A DNA stretch of 64,000 nt from an uncultured Fidelibacterota bacterium (GTDB taxonomy: Bacteria; Fidelibacterota; Marinisomatia; Marinisomatales; UBA1611), in the NCBI GenBank assembly GCA_913040915.1, contig CAJWHW010000001.1, positions 32,001 through 96,000 on the forward strand, given 5' to 3'. The position numbers were made by a program, and so were the translations under genes. Positions within the stretch are counted from its first letter, which is position 1. Each line of letters starts with the position of its first letter. Positions 40,088 to 49,162 of this stretch are shown here, in pieces. The notes beneath the pieces are model-generated. The model made no database searches. It was not told where the DNA came from and saw nothing but the letters and a program-made list of their open reading frames with translations.

Positions 40088-41287
40088 TTACTGGATATTG
40101 CGCAGAGCTGGAATGCTAATCCCAATTATGCCGCACAGTGCAGCACCGAGCCCAATACCAAAAAATAAAAGTTTAACAGGAATTATTGAAGTGATTATTC
40201 CCACTAAGCCGGATGAGATTGCTGTTGTACCTACCACGCCTAAATGAACCATAGCAAAAAGTCGTCCATGAAATTTATTTGGAGTATGAATCTGGACAAT
40301 GGATGTTCTACTTATTATAATGAACGGAATTCCTATGCCATGCAGAAAAATTATTACCATAGCCATTTCTATGCTTTGAACCCAATACAAGAATGAATAT
40401 GTGATTCCATCCAAGAATAACCCAATAGCCCATATGGTGCCGTTTTTAAAAAATCTGTTAAGGTTAGACACAATGAATGATCCAACCAAAGCCCCAGCAG
40501 CCATACAGCCCTCTATAAAAGCAAAATCCGAAGCAGTACCGCTTAATGCAATTTTAACTAAGATTGGTAGCCCCACAATGGCGGGCCCCATAATGAAAAG
40601 ATTATTAATAAACGTAATGACGATCATCCAAAAAATTGACTTCTGCTCATAAAGATAAGATAGCCCTTGTTTCAGTTCATGCCAGTGGCTGTGCTTATCC
40701 GAGTTTATTAAGTGAGTTGGTTTTTTAAGGCAAAATAAGAAAACAACAGAAAATAAAAAAGAGGCTGCATCTACCATAAATAAATTTGGGAGTGAAATAA
40801 GTGTCAGTAAAACGCCAGCGACGATAGGTCCCATCATCCAGGCAATTTGTCCTGAAGTTGCTAAAATAGCATTTATCTGAATTAATTTTTGAACAGGAAA
40901 TAACATGGGAATAAAGGACTGGAATGCAGGTTGAAAAAATGTATTAAAACAGCTTCTTAAAAATGCTAATCCGCAAATTAGCCAAATATTCTCATGGTAA
41001 TACCATAAACAAATGGGAATCATTAAAACGGTCAATGCCTGCCCAGCATTGGCAAATATCATTAGCCAAAAGCGGTTCATTTTATCTGAAAAAACACCAG
41101 CATATAGCCCAAAAATCAATGCTGGTAAATAAGCACTCATGGCAATAATTCCCGTAATAATAGAAGAATTAGTTAGATCCAAAACCAACCATAAAAGTGC
41201 TAATTGGTAAATTGCATCTCCAATTTGGGAAATTGCCTGCGCCGACCAAAGTAAATAAAGATTTTTCTTTTGACTAAAATTCACCAT
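40088..41287 (-). CDS. MFS transporter (DHA3/H+ antiporter-like)
   Basis: LW.AQ.IS..GD, AGV.SD..NR, F.PA....IP, GRLF; ~12 TM helices. Confidence 0.88.
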   Translation of the reverse strand: MVNFSQKKNLYLLWSAQAISQIGDAIYQLALLWLVLDLTNSSIITGIIAMSAYLPALIFGLYAGVFSDKMNRFWLMIFANAGQALTVLMIPICLWYYHENIWLICGLAFLRSCFNTFFQPAFQSFIPMLFPVQKLIQINAILATSGQIAWMMGPIVAGVLLTLISLPNLFMVDAASFLFSVVFLFCLKKPTHLINSDKHSHWHELKQGLSYLYEQKSIFWMIVITFINNLFIMGPAIVGLPILVKIALSGTASDFAFIEGCMAAGALVGSFIVSNLNRFFKNGTIWAIGLFLDGITYSFLYWVQSIEMAMVIIFLHGIGIPFIIISRTSIVQIHTPNKFHGRLFAMVHLGVVGTTAISSGLVGIITSIIPVKLLFFGIGLGAALCGIIGISIPALRNIQ

Positions 41288-41402
41288 GATGAAGTCATTA
41301 CTGAAATTAGTCCCAAAACATTTTTGCCATTTGGTTTTTCCCTGTAAATTGTGTACTTATTTTGGAACAAAAATTTTAACATTATCGTAAAGGAGTACGA
41401 GA

Positions 41403-41708
41403 ATGACTTATATAATAGCAGAACCATGCGTAGGAACCTGTGATACCGCTTGTGTGGAAGTGTGCCCTGTAGATTGTATTCATGGGCCTTATGATAAAAC
41501 CGGAGCCGGAGCTGAGGCGAAGGCGGATGATTTTGTCCCGAAAGATGAGGATTCTTTATACATTGATCCGGAAGAGTGTATTGATTGTGGAGCATGTGAG
41601 CCTGAATGTCCAGTAGAAGCGATCTTTGAAGAAAGTGAAGTCCCAGAAGAGTGGAACAAGTACATCAAAATTAATTATGAATGGTTCGGGCGCGAGTACA
41701 CGGGGTAG
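41403..41708 (+). CDS. Dicluster (7Fe/8Fe-type) ferredoxin
   Basis: CVGTCDTACVEVCPVDC and CIDCGACEPECPVEAI; AAGGAG RBS; own terminator. Confidence 0.95.
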   Translation: MTYIIAEPCVGTCDTACVEVCPVDCIHGPYDKTGAGAEAKADDFVPKDEDSLYIDPEECIDCGACEPECPVEAIFEESEVPEEWNKYIKINYEWFGREYTG

Positions 41709-41733
41709 TTAAATTAATTAGATTTAATTAAAT

Positions 41734-41763
41734 AAACGGCTGTCAAATGGCAGCCGTTTTTTT
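41734..41763 (+). terminator. Intrinsic terminator after ferredoxin
   Basis: AAACGGCTGTC-AAAT-GGCAGCCGTTT followed by a T run. Confidence 0.88.
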
Positions 41764-41775
41764 GTATTATTTTTT

Positions 41776-42879
41776 ATGAATAAAGATCAAGTTTTAGACC
41801 ATTTAAAATCCATTAATTATCCAGGATTCTCCAGAGATATTGTTTCTTTTGGAATGGTAAAAGATATCTCTATTGATAGCAATGAAATTACGGTATTTTT
41901 GAATATTACATCTCAAAATGAAGGCAAAAAGCAGCAAATCATTAATGCTATCAGAAAAGCTCTCTCGAGCTACTTTGATACTGTAAATGTAGAACTTTCT
42001 TCAGATGGATCTCAGCAAACAGTCCCGATTCCACCTGGACAAGAGCCCCCTCCAATACTGGAAAATGTAAAACATGTCATCGCTATTGCAAGTGGGAAAG
42101 GAGGAGTTGGTAAATCTACTATTGCAGCAAATTTGGCCTGTGCTATGATGAAAAAAGGTAAAAAGGTTGGATTATTGGATCTAGATATTTACGGTCCCTC
42201 TTTGCCGATTCTTTTAGGTCTTAATGAACAACCCGAAATGACTCAGGGGAAAAAATTAATACCCTTAAAAAAATTTGATATGGAAGTCATGAGTTTTGGC
42301 TTTATTAGCGGTAATGATACTCCGGTGATATGGCGCGGACCTTTAGTCTCCCGTATGACAGAACAATTTTTCAGGGATGTAAAATGGGGGAAGTTAGATG
42401 TAATGATTTTGGATTTACCTCCGGGCACTGGTGATGTTCAATTAACATTAACCCAAAAACTAAAAATGTCTGGTGCAGTCATTGTCACGACGCCACAAGA
42501 TATTGCCTTGGCAGATGTCCGAAAAGGCGCCGATATGTTCCGTAAAGTCAATACCCCTGTTTTAGGTGTAATTGAAAATATGTCTGGCTTAGCTCTGAAT
42601 GGTGTTGTAAAAGGCTCTGTTTCATCATTTTCAATTAATGACGAAGAGATTTTTGTTGATGAAAAAGGCCATTTTAGTTTAACAATGGATTTATTTAAAA
42701 CAGGAGGTGGTTTGAAAGAAAGTGAAAGGTTAGGAGTTCCTCTTTTAGGAAAAATCCCTATTTCTGCTGATATAATGAATGCTACAGATTCCGGGATGCC
42801 AATTGCTTATAGTAATCCTGATTCATCTATCGGCCAGATCTATCATCACATTGCTGAAATGTTAATATCTGATAGTTAA
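41776..42879 (+). CDS. mrp: Mrp/NBP35/ApbC family P-loop ATPase with N-terminal DUF59-like domain
   Basis: PGFSRDIVS.G.V, SGKGGVGKST, D.DIYGPS, WRGP, DLPPGTGD, VTTPQ, ENMS. Confidence 0.92.
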   Translation: MNKDQVLDHLKSINYPGFSRDIVSFGMVKDISIDSNEITVFLNITSQNEGKKQQIINAIRKALSSYFDTVNVELSSDGSQQTVPIPPGQEPPPILENVKHVIAIASGKGGVGKSTIAANLACAMMKKGKKVGLLDLDIYGPSLPILLGLNEQPEMTQGKKLIPLKKFDMEVMSFGFISGNDTPVIWRGPLVSRMTEQFFRDVKWGKLDVMILDLPPGTGDVQLTLTQKLKMSGAVIVTTPQDIALADVRKGADMFRKVNTPVLGVIENMSGLALNGVVKGSVSSFSINDEEIFVDEKGHFSLTMDLFKTGGGLKESERLGVPLLGKIPISADIMNATDSGMPIAYSNPDSSIGQIYHHIAEMLISDS

Positions 42880-42953
42880 TGTAATTGGGAACAACAGTAA
42901 ATTTTATAGGTTATTTACAATAAATCCGCGAAATATCGCACAATGCAACTCGG

Positions 42954-42982
42954 TTGTATCCAAATTAACCAATCGGTAATTT
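42954..42982 (+). promoter_or_regulatory. Putative sigma70 promoter of the uppS-bamA-skp-lpxD-lpxC-fabZ-lpxA-dxr operon
   Basis: TTGTAT-N17-TAATTT, 25 nt before ATG 43008. Confidence 0.45.
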
Positions 42983-43007
42983 CGCCCGCTTTTTTTCTTT
43001 ATTATAG

Positions 43008-43760
43008 ATGAAAAATTCATTACGAAAAAGTGCACTGGAAGGGCATATCCCTGAACATATAGCTATCATTATGGATGGCAATGGCCGTTGGGCTAAAGAG
43101 CGCTTATTGCCAAGAGTGGCCGGACATAAAGAGGGGATAAACTCTGTCAGAGAAATTACCCGTATTTGCGGGGAGATCAGTGTAAAGCATCTTACGCTTT
43201 ATACATTTTCAACAGAAAATTGGAATCGGCCTGATGATGAAGTCAGTGCCTTAATGACTCTTTTATTGAAAACAATCAGTATTGAGATCGAAGAACTTCA
43301 CAAAAATAATGTTTGCTTCACTGCAATTGGCAACTTGGAGATGTTGCCACAATCTACCCGAAAAGGAATTTTGAATGGTGTTCAAACTACAAAGGATAAT
43401 ACTGGGTTAAATCTTTGTTTAGCCTTGAATTATGGAAGTAGGCAGGAAATGGTTAATGCTGTACAAACGCTCGCAAATAAAGTCAAAGAAGGGGAATTGG
43501 AACCTCATGAGATTGATGAAACTATTTTTTCTAAATCGCTTTCAACATTTGATATGCCTGATCCTGATCTTTTAATTCGAACCAGTGGCGAATGTCGATT
43601 AAGTAATTTTTTACTTTGGCAATGTGCCTACACGGAAATATTTATGACAGATACATATTGGCCTGCTTTTCGTGAGAATGAACTGATGGAAGCAATTCTG
43701 GAATATCAATCTCGCGAAAGAAGATTTGGACAGGTTAGTGAACAAATAAGCAATTCATAA
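43008..43760 (+). CDS. uppS: Undecaprenyl diphosphate synthase
   Basis: HIAIIMDGNGRWA, YTFSTENW.RP..EV, NYGSR.E, PDLLIRTSGE.RLSNFLLWQ.AY.E, RRFG. Confidence 0.98.
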   Translation: MKNSLRKSALEGHIPEHIAIIMDGNGRWAKERLLPRVAGHKEGINSVREITRICGEISVKHLTLYTFSTENWNRPDDEVSALMTLLLKTISIEIEELHKNNVCFTAIGNLEMLPQSTRKGILNGVQTTKDNTGLNLCLALNYGSRQEMVNAVQTLANKVKEGELEPHEIDETIFSKSLSTFDMPDPDLLIRTSGECRLSNFLLWQCAYTEIFMTDTYWPAFRENELMEAILEYQSRERRFGQVSEQISNS

Positions 43761-46174
43761 TGAAAAAATTACTTATTCTTTTTTCAATTCTCACCTACAG
43801 CTTAGGTCAGGGACTTCCAGATGAAATTAAATTGGTAAAAGTTGATGTTGATGGAAATATCATTACTTCTGAAAACACCATTATTTTTACTGCAGGCCTT
43901 CGCAAAGGCCAGACTATTTCACCATCTGATTTCCCACGGGCGGTTAAAAGGCTCTGGCAATTAGGTTTATTCCGAGATATTCAGATTCGCTATAATGAAG
44001 AAACATCAGATGGTCTTTCTATCACAATTCTAGTAAAGGAGAATTATATCCTTGGAGATTTATCCTATCAAGGGAATAAAAAGATAAAAGATCGGAAGTT
44101 TAATGATGAAATATCATTAGCAAAAGGACAAAGGCTTGCTACTAATACGCTCCATGAAATAGCAACAACCATTAAAAATTTGTATGCAGAAAAAGGTTAT
44201 TTAAATGTAGAAATTGAGCCTGAAATGAAAATTCCTGAACAAGAATCAACTATTTTTGAAGGCAAAGCAAAAGATATTGTAAGAGATGTGGTATTTAATA
44301 TAAGTGAAAATGAAAAAGTCAAAATTGGTAAAATTATTTTTGAAGGAAATCAATCTTTTTCAAATTTCCGACTTCGCTGGAAAATGAAAGAGACCAAACA
44401 ACAGCGCTGGTACCTTTTTTGGCGATCTACATTTGATAAGAAAAAATTTGATGAAGATTTAAATCTTGTTGCGACTTTTTATAGGAATAAGGGCTACCGT
44501 GATTTTAGAGTTGTGCGCGATACAATAAGATACAGTGATGATAAAAAGCAATTGAATTTGATTGTTACCATTGAAGAAGGCCCCCAGTATAAATATCGTA
44601 ATTTTTCATGGGAAGGAATGACCTTATTTAATGAAGAGCTTTTGTCACGTACCTTAGGTATAGAAACCGGAGATCAGTACAGTGACGAAGATTTTAACAT
44701 GGCTGTTTTTGATCGTGTTCAGGGATTGTACATGGATCGAGGCTATATCTACAGTCGGATTGAGCCTGCGATTACACCTGTTGGGGAAGATTCTCTTGAT
44801 ATTCATTTTGTTATTACAGAAAACCATAAAGTTTATATCAACCATATTGCTATTAAAGGGAATACAAGAACAAGAGAAAATGTAGTTCGCCGCCAATTAC
44901 GAGTTTTTCCCGGTGATGTTTTTAATCGCCAGCGACTGATGAGAAGTCACCGGGAAGTTATGATGCTAAATTTCTTTGCCAATGTAGTACCAGATGTAGT
45001 GCCCATTTCAGAAGACAAGGTAGATTTAGAAATTACAGTAGAAGAAAAACCAGCGGGTCAGGCGAATGCAAATATGGGGTATAGTCAATCTTTTGGTATG
45101 ACTGGCGGGGGCGGTCTTGCTTTGCCAAATTTTCGTGGGAAAGGACAAAGTTTAAATTTCAGTTTTAACGTAGGTACCAATGTGGGCTATGGATACGGGT
45201 ATGGCAATCAATACCAACAGCGCCCCAAATACAGATCTGTAAGTATAAGTTTTACAGATCCAATGGTTAATGATACGAAGAATCTATTAGGTGGCTCAAT
45301 ATTTTATACGTTCCGTGGGAGTTCTACGTTGTATTCTGCCCCCATTGATTATACAATGGCTGGCACTTCAATTACGTGGGGTCGTATTTTTAAATGGCCT
45401 GATGATTTTTTTCGTGGGACCTGGTCTTTTCAACTTGTTCGTAAAATGTATGAAGCGTCTCAAGCAGATTTAGACCGTTATGCAGGTGGGTATAAAACTT
45501 CAGATGGTATCAACTTTTCACAAACAATAAGGAGAGATAGTCGCGATCATCCCGAATTCACAACCATAGGTTCTTTATTTTCTTTAAAATCTATGCTGTC
45601 AGGTTGGGTGTTAGGAGGACAGGAAAATTTTCATAAACATGTTTTAAATCTTGAATGGTATACACCTACATTTTGGAAATTTGTCTTAATGAATTCCATG
45701 AAAATTGGTGTAGTCAAGGAATTGCCTGCATTGAGAGAAGGCCGATCTTTTATTCCATGGAATGATAGATTTATTATGGGGGGGAATGGCATTCCTTATG
45801 GTAATCCATTAAGAGGTTATGACGATAACAGAGTCGGTCCTCTTACTTCAAATGGAAGTCCTATAGGAGGAAATACTTTGGTTAAATTTGGCACAGAATT
45901 TCGAGTGCCTTTTGCAGAAAATCCTGTAGTTTACGGACTGGTTTTTTCGGAAATGGGTAATGTTTGGTCTTCCACAGATTTAATGGAAAGATTGGATCTC
46001 CCACGAAGAGGCCCGATTGATTTGAAGCGTTCTGTCGGTGCAGGTATTCGTTTTTTTATGCCAATGATTGGGATGCTTGGTTTTGATATCGGGTATGGTT
46101 TTGATCGAGTTAACACTAGCGGAGAGTTGGACCCAGGATGGAAAACCACCCTAACATTTGGACAACAATTTTGA
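43760..46174 (+). CDS. bamA: Outer membrane protein assembly factor BamA
   Basis: Signal peptide, POTRA repeats (GN...T...V.RR), LRGY loop motif, G.GIR...P..G..G.D.G.G C-terminus. Confidence 0.95.
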   Translation: MKKLLILFSILTYSLGQGLPDEIKLVKVDVDGNIITSENTIIFTAGLRKGQTISPSDFPRAVKRLWQLGLFRDIQIRYNEETSDGLSITILVKENYILGDLSYQGNKKIKDRKFNDEISLAKGQRLATNTLHEIATTIKNLYAEKGYLNVEIEPEMKIPEQESTIFEGKAKDIVRDVVFNISENEKVKIGKIIFEGNQSFSNFRLRWKMKETKQQRWYLFWRSTFDKKKFDEDLNLVATFYRNKGYRDFRVVRDTIRYSDDKKQLNLIVTIEEGPQYKYRNFSWEGMTLFNEELLSRTLGIETGDQYSDEDFNMAVFDRVQGLYMDRGYIYSRIEPAITPVGEDSLDIHFVITENHKVYINHIAIKGNTRTRENVVRRQLRVFPGDVFNRQRLMRSHREVMMLNFFANVVPDVVPISEDKVDLEITVEEKPAGQANANMGYSQSFGMTGGGGLALPNFRGKGQSLNFSFNVGTNVGYGYGYGNQYQQRPKYRSVSISFTDPMVNDTKNLLGGSIFYTFRGSSTLYSAPIDYTMAGTSITWGRIFKWPDDFFRGTWSFQLVRKMYEASQADLDRYAGGYKTSDGINFSQTIRRDSRDHPEFTTIGSLFSLKSMLSGWVLGGQENFHKHVLNLEWYTPTFWKFVLMNSMKIGVVKELPALREGRSFIPWNDRFIMGGNGIPYGNPLRGYDDNRVGPLTSNGSPIGGNTLVKFGTEFRVPFAENPVVYGLVFSEMGNVWSSTDLMERLDLPRRGPIDLKRSVGAGIRFFMPMIGMLGFDIGYGFDRVNTSGELDPGWKTTLTFGQQF

Positions 46175-46191
46175 TAAACAAGGAGATAACT

Positions 46192-46719
46192 GTGAGAGTA
46201 CCCCTTCGAAATACATTATTTATTTTAACCTTTATAGGTATGGCATCAGTAGCGTCAGCTCAACTAAAAATAGGATATATTTTATCAGAAAGAATTCGCA
46301 CTGAATATGAAGAGTTTAAAGAAGCAGAATCTCAATTACAGTTGGAATATAGAAAAGTTCAATTTGAGTTTGATCAAATGGGACTAAAAATGGATAGCCT
46401 TAGACAGGATTACGAAGTAAAACGTCTTATGGCTTTAGACAAGGGTGAAAGTATTCGGCAGGAAATTGAGCAAATGGAAAAGCAAATTCAAAATTTTCAA
46501 GCTGAAAAAATTGGACCACAGGGTGAACTGATGAGGAAACAGGCTCAATTAGAATATGAAATTTTAGGTAAAGTCAAAAAAGCTGTTGATAAAGTTGCCA
46601 TTGATGGTGGTTTTGATTATATAATTGATGCATCTGTCGGTCTGCTATATTTTAAACCCAAGTACGATATGACTGATGATGTTCTGCATGAACTTCGGAA
46701 TTTAACTACAGGGAAATAA
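46192..46719 (+). CDS. skp: OmpH/Skp periplasmic chaperone
   Basis: Signal peptide, KIGY, coiled coil, VA...G.D.I.D....LY....D.T..VL. AGGAG RBS favours GTG 46192. Confidence 0.9.
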   Translation: MRVPLRNTLFILTFIGMASVASAQLKIGYILSERIRTEYEEFKEAESQLQLEYRKVQFEFDQMGLKMDSLRQDYEVKRLMALDKGESIRQEIEQMEKQIQNFQAEKIGPQGELMRKQAQLEYEILGKVKKAVDKVAIDGGFDYIIDASVGLLYFKPKYDMTDDVLHELRNLTTGK

Positions 46720-46725
46720 ACTGAT

Positions 46726-47739
46726 TTGGAACTCACGCTTGGTGAGATTGCTTCCCAAGTAGGCGGCACAGTACAAGGTAATCCTGATTTAATTATTAAC
46801 GGGGTCTCAGAAATTCAAAATAGTATTCCTGGTACAATTACATTTCTGAGCAATCCTAAGTATAAGAAGTACTTATCCTCTACACAGGCTGCAGCAGTAT
46901 TTGTAGATGATAAAACCAGTGTTAATAATGGCAATATTGTTTTTGTCCCCAATCCGCAATTAGCAATGGCAAAGACACTAAGCCTTTTTTATCCGGAGAA
47001 TAAACATTTAGCTTCCATACACCAAAAGGCAATTATAGACCCTACTGTCTCTATCGGTGAAAATGTATCAATTGGTCCAGGAGTCATTATTGAATCAGGT
47101 TCAGTTATTGGCAATGGATCTGTAATTGATGCAAATACAGTAATTGGTGAAAATGTAACTATAGGAAAGAATTGTCAACTAAAGGCCAATGTAACAATTT
47201 ATTTTAATACCATTATTGGTGAAAATGTCGTTATCCATAGTGGAACAACAATTGGTTGTGATGGATTTGGGTTTGTAACACTGGACGGTATCCATGAAAA
47301 AATTCCACAGATCGGTAATGTTAAAATAGAAGATAACGTAGAAATCGGTTCGAATTGTGCTATTGACAGAGCAACTATTGGGACTACGTTTATTGGAGAA
47401 ATGACAAAGCTAGATAATCTGGTTCATATAGCTCATAATGTGCAGATTGGTAAGGGGTGTCTTATTACAGGAGCATTTGCAATTGCAGGAAGTTCTAAGA
47501 TTGGTGATTATTGTACATTTGCTGGACAAGTTGGCGTTGCTCCTCATGTAAATATAGGCCCCAATGCAACCTTTGCTGCAAAATCAGGTGTAACAAAATC
47601 CTTAGTAGGGGGAAAAGTCTATGCAGGTTTTCCTGCTAGGGAAATAAGAGAACACAATAAAAGAGAAGCAGTATTAACTAGAATTAATCAGATGCGAAAA
47701 AAGCTTGATCAATTGATAGCGGATCAAAAAGTAAGGTAA
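46726..47739 (+). CDS. lpxD: UDP-3-O-(3-hydroxyacyl)glucosamine N-acyltransferase
   Basis: ITFL.NPKY, hexapeptide repeats, IG.DGFG, KIPQIG.V.I.D.VEIG.N..IDR, KLDNLVHIAHNV. Confidence 0.97.
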   Translation: MELTLGEIASQVGGTVQGNPDLIINGVSEIQNSIPGTITFLSNPKYKKYLSSTQAAAVFVDDKTSVNNGNIVFVPNPQLAMAKTLSLFYPENKHLASIHQKAIIDPTVSIGENVSIGPGVIIESGSVIGNGSVIDANTVIGENVTIGKNCQLKANVTIYFNTIIGENVVIHSGTTIGCDGFGFVTLDGIHEKIPQIGNVKIEDNVEIGSNCAIDRATIGTTFIGEMTKLDNLVHIAHNVQIGKGCLITGAFAIAGSSKIGDYCTFAGQVGVAPHVNIGPNATFAAKSGVTKSLVGGKVYAGFPAREIREHNKREAVLTRINQMRKKLDQLIADQKVR

Positions 47740-47747
47740 ATTTAAAG

Positions 47748-48704
47748 ATGGAAAGAAAACAAAGAACAATAGGTACATCTCAAACATGTAACGGTGTGGG
47801 TTTGCATACTGGCGTAGAAACAAGTATAACTTTTCATCCTGCATCAGAAAATTTTGGTGTTCGATTTGTGCGATCAGATATTCCATCAAGTCCGGAAATA
47901 AAAGCGGATATTGACCATGTAGTAGATATATCACGAGGTACAACCATTGAGGAAAATGATATTCGAATTCACACAGTAGAACATGCTCTCGCTGCTGTGA
48001 GCGGACTCCGAATTGATAATATTTTAATCGAACTGACCGGTAAAGAACCTCCCGTGATGGATGGCTCTGCAAAAGATTTTGTTGAATGTTTAATCAAAGC
48101 CGGAATCAAAATACAAAAACAGGAAAGAAAGGTTTTAGAGATTACCCGTGCTGTAAACTATACAAATCCATACCGTGATATTGATATTCATGTTATTCCA
48201 TCGGATAGATTTAGAATTACATTTATGGTTGAATACCCATTAACTGCACTGGGGACTCAGTACGAAGCCATTTATAATATGGAAGAAGATTTTGCATTTG
48301 AAGTCGCACCGGCCCGAACATTTTGTTTTTTGAGTGAGGTTGAAATGTTGAAAGAACAAGGTTTGATTAAAGGTGGGGCATTGGACAATGCAGTTGTTAT
48401 TGTAGATAAGGAAATTGATCAAGCTGAAATGGACAGACTCAAGGATTTATTTGGTATAGAGCATAATATAATTCAAGGTGCAAATGGTATTCTCAATGGA
48501 AAAGTACTTCGATTCAAAAATGAGCCAGTTCGCCATAAAACCCTGGATTTGATTGGAGATCTCGCTTTATTAGGTATACCTATTAAAGGTCATGTTACTG
48601 CAGCTAGAGCAGGTCACGCGAGCAATGTTGAATTTGTAAAAAAATTAAAAACAGAATATGCTAAGGAATTGAATGCATTAAATAATGGAAATTCAAATGG
48701 CTAA
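47748..48704 (+). CDS. lpxC: UDP-3-O-acyl-GlcNAc deacetylase
   Basis: QRTI, G.GLHTG, TVEH..AA, EPP.MDGSA, APARTF, EPVRHK.LDLIGDL, GH..N. Confidence 0.97.
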   Translation: MERKQRTIGTSQTCNGVGLHTGVETSITFHPASENFGVRFVRSDIPSSPEIKADIDHVVDISRGTTIEENDIRIHTVEHALAAVSGLRIDNILIELTGKEPPVMDGSAKDFVECLIKAGIKIQKQERKVLEITRAVNYTNPYRDIDIHVIPSDRFRITFMVEYPLTALGTQYEAIYNMEEDFAFEVAPARTFCFLSEVEMLKEQGLIKGGALDNAVVIVDKEIDQAEMDRLKDLFGIEHNIIQGANGILNGKVLRFKNEPVRHKTLDLIGDLALLGIPIKGHVTAARAGHASNVEFVKKLKTEYAKELNALNNGNSNG

Positions 48705-49161
48705 TTTGTCTGATCAAACGATATTTACGATTAAGGACATAATTCAGGTACTCCCTCATCGGTATCCATTTATCCTTATTGACAAATTAGATGTCATAAA
48801 GCCAGGTGAATCACTTATAGCGATAAAAAATGTGACAGTAAATGAACCATATTTTCAAGGTCATTTTCCTGGGCAACCTGTTATGCCAGGTGTTCTTTCT
48901 TTAGAAAGTATGGCTCAGGCTGGTGCATTTTTAATGTTAAGCCAAGTGGAAGACCCACTATCAAAAAATATGTTTTTTTCTACTGTTGAAAATGCAAAGT
49001 TCCGCAAGCCAATTGTTCCAGGTGATCAGCTCAAAATCCATATGGAACTTATAAAAAAGAAACTCAATATTTGCAAATTTCATGGGAAATGCACAGTAGA
49101 TGATAAAGTAGTAGCTGAAGCATTCTTGTCTGCAAATATTGTAGACCGTCCAGGCACTTAA
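48697..49161 (+). CDS. fabZ: 3-hydroxyacyl-ACP dehydratase
   Basis: LPHRYPF.L.D, KNVT.NEP.F.GHFP..PVMPGVL..E.MAQ, KFR.P.VPGDQL. Start is ATG 48697 (alternatively 48685). Confidence 0.96.
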   Translation: MANLSDQTIFTIKDIIQVLPHRYPFILIDKLDVIKPGESLIAIKNVTVNEPYFQGHFPGQPVMPGVLSLESMAQAGAFLMLSQVEDPLSKNMFFSTVENAKFRKPIVPGDQLKIHMELIKKKLNICKFHGKCTVDDKVVAEAFLSANIVDRPGT

Positions 49162-49162
49162 T

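Noticed and set aside
42928..42997. Potential structured RNA (GCGAAATATCG...CGGTAATTTCGC stem enclosing an ATGCAAC/GTTGTAT hairpin, then a T run) before uppS
   Set aside because: It overlaps a good TTGTAT-N17-TAATTT promoter, so it would mostly lie upstream of the transcript. It matches no riboswitch I recognise and may be an mrp terminator. An Rfam/covariation check would settle it.
48636..48684. A7 run as a programmed frameshift fusing lpxC to fabZ
   Set aside because: A -1 shift enters the wrong frame, and the fabZ (+1) frame has stops at 48646, 48670 and 48679.
49156..49162. +1 frameshift at the fabZ stop producing FabZ-LpxA
   Set aside because: The P-site codon ACT cannot re-pair on CTT; ATT initiation or a base error is simpler.
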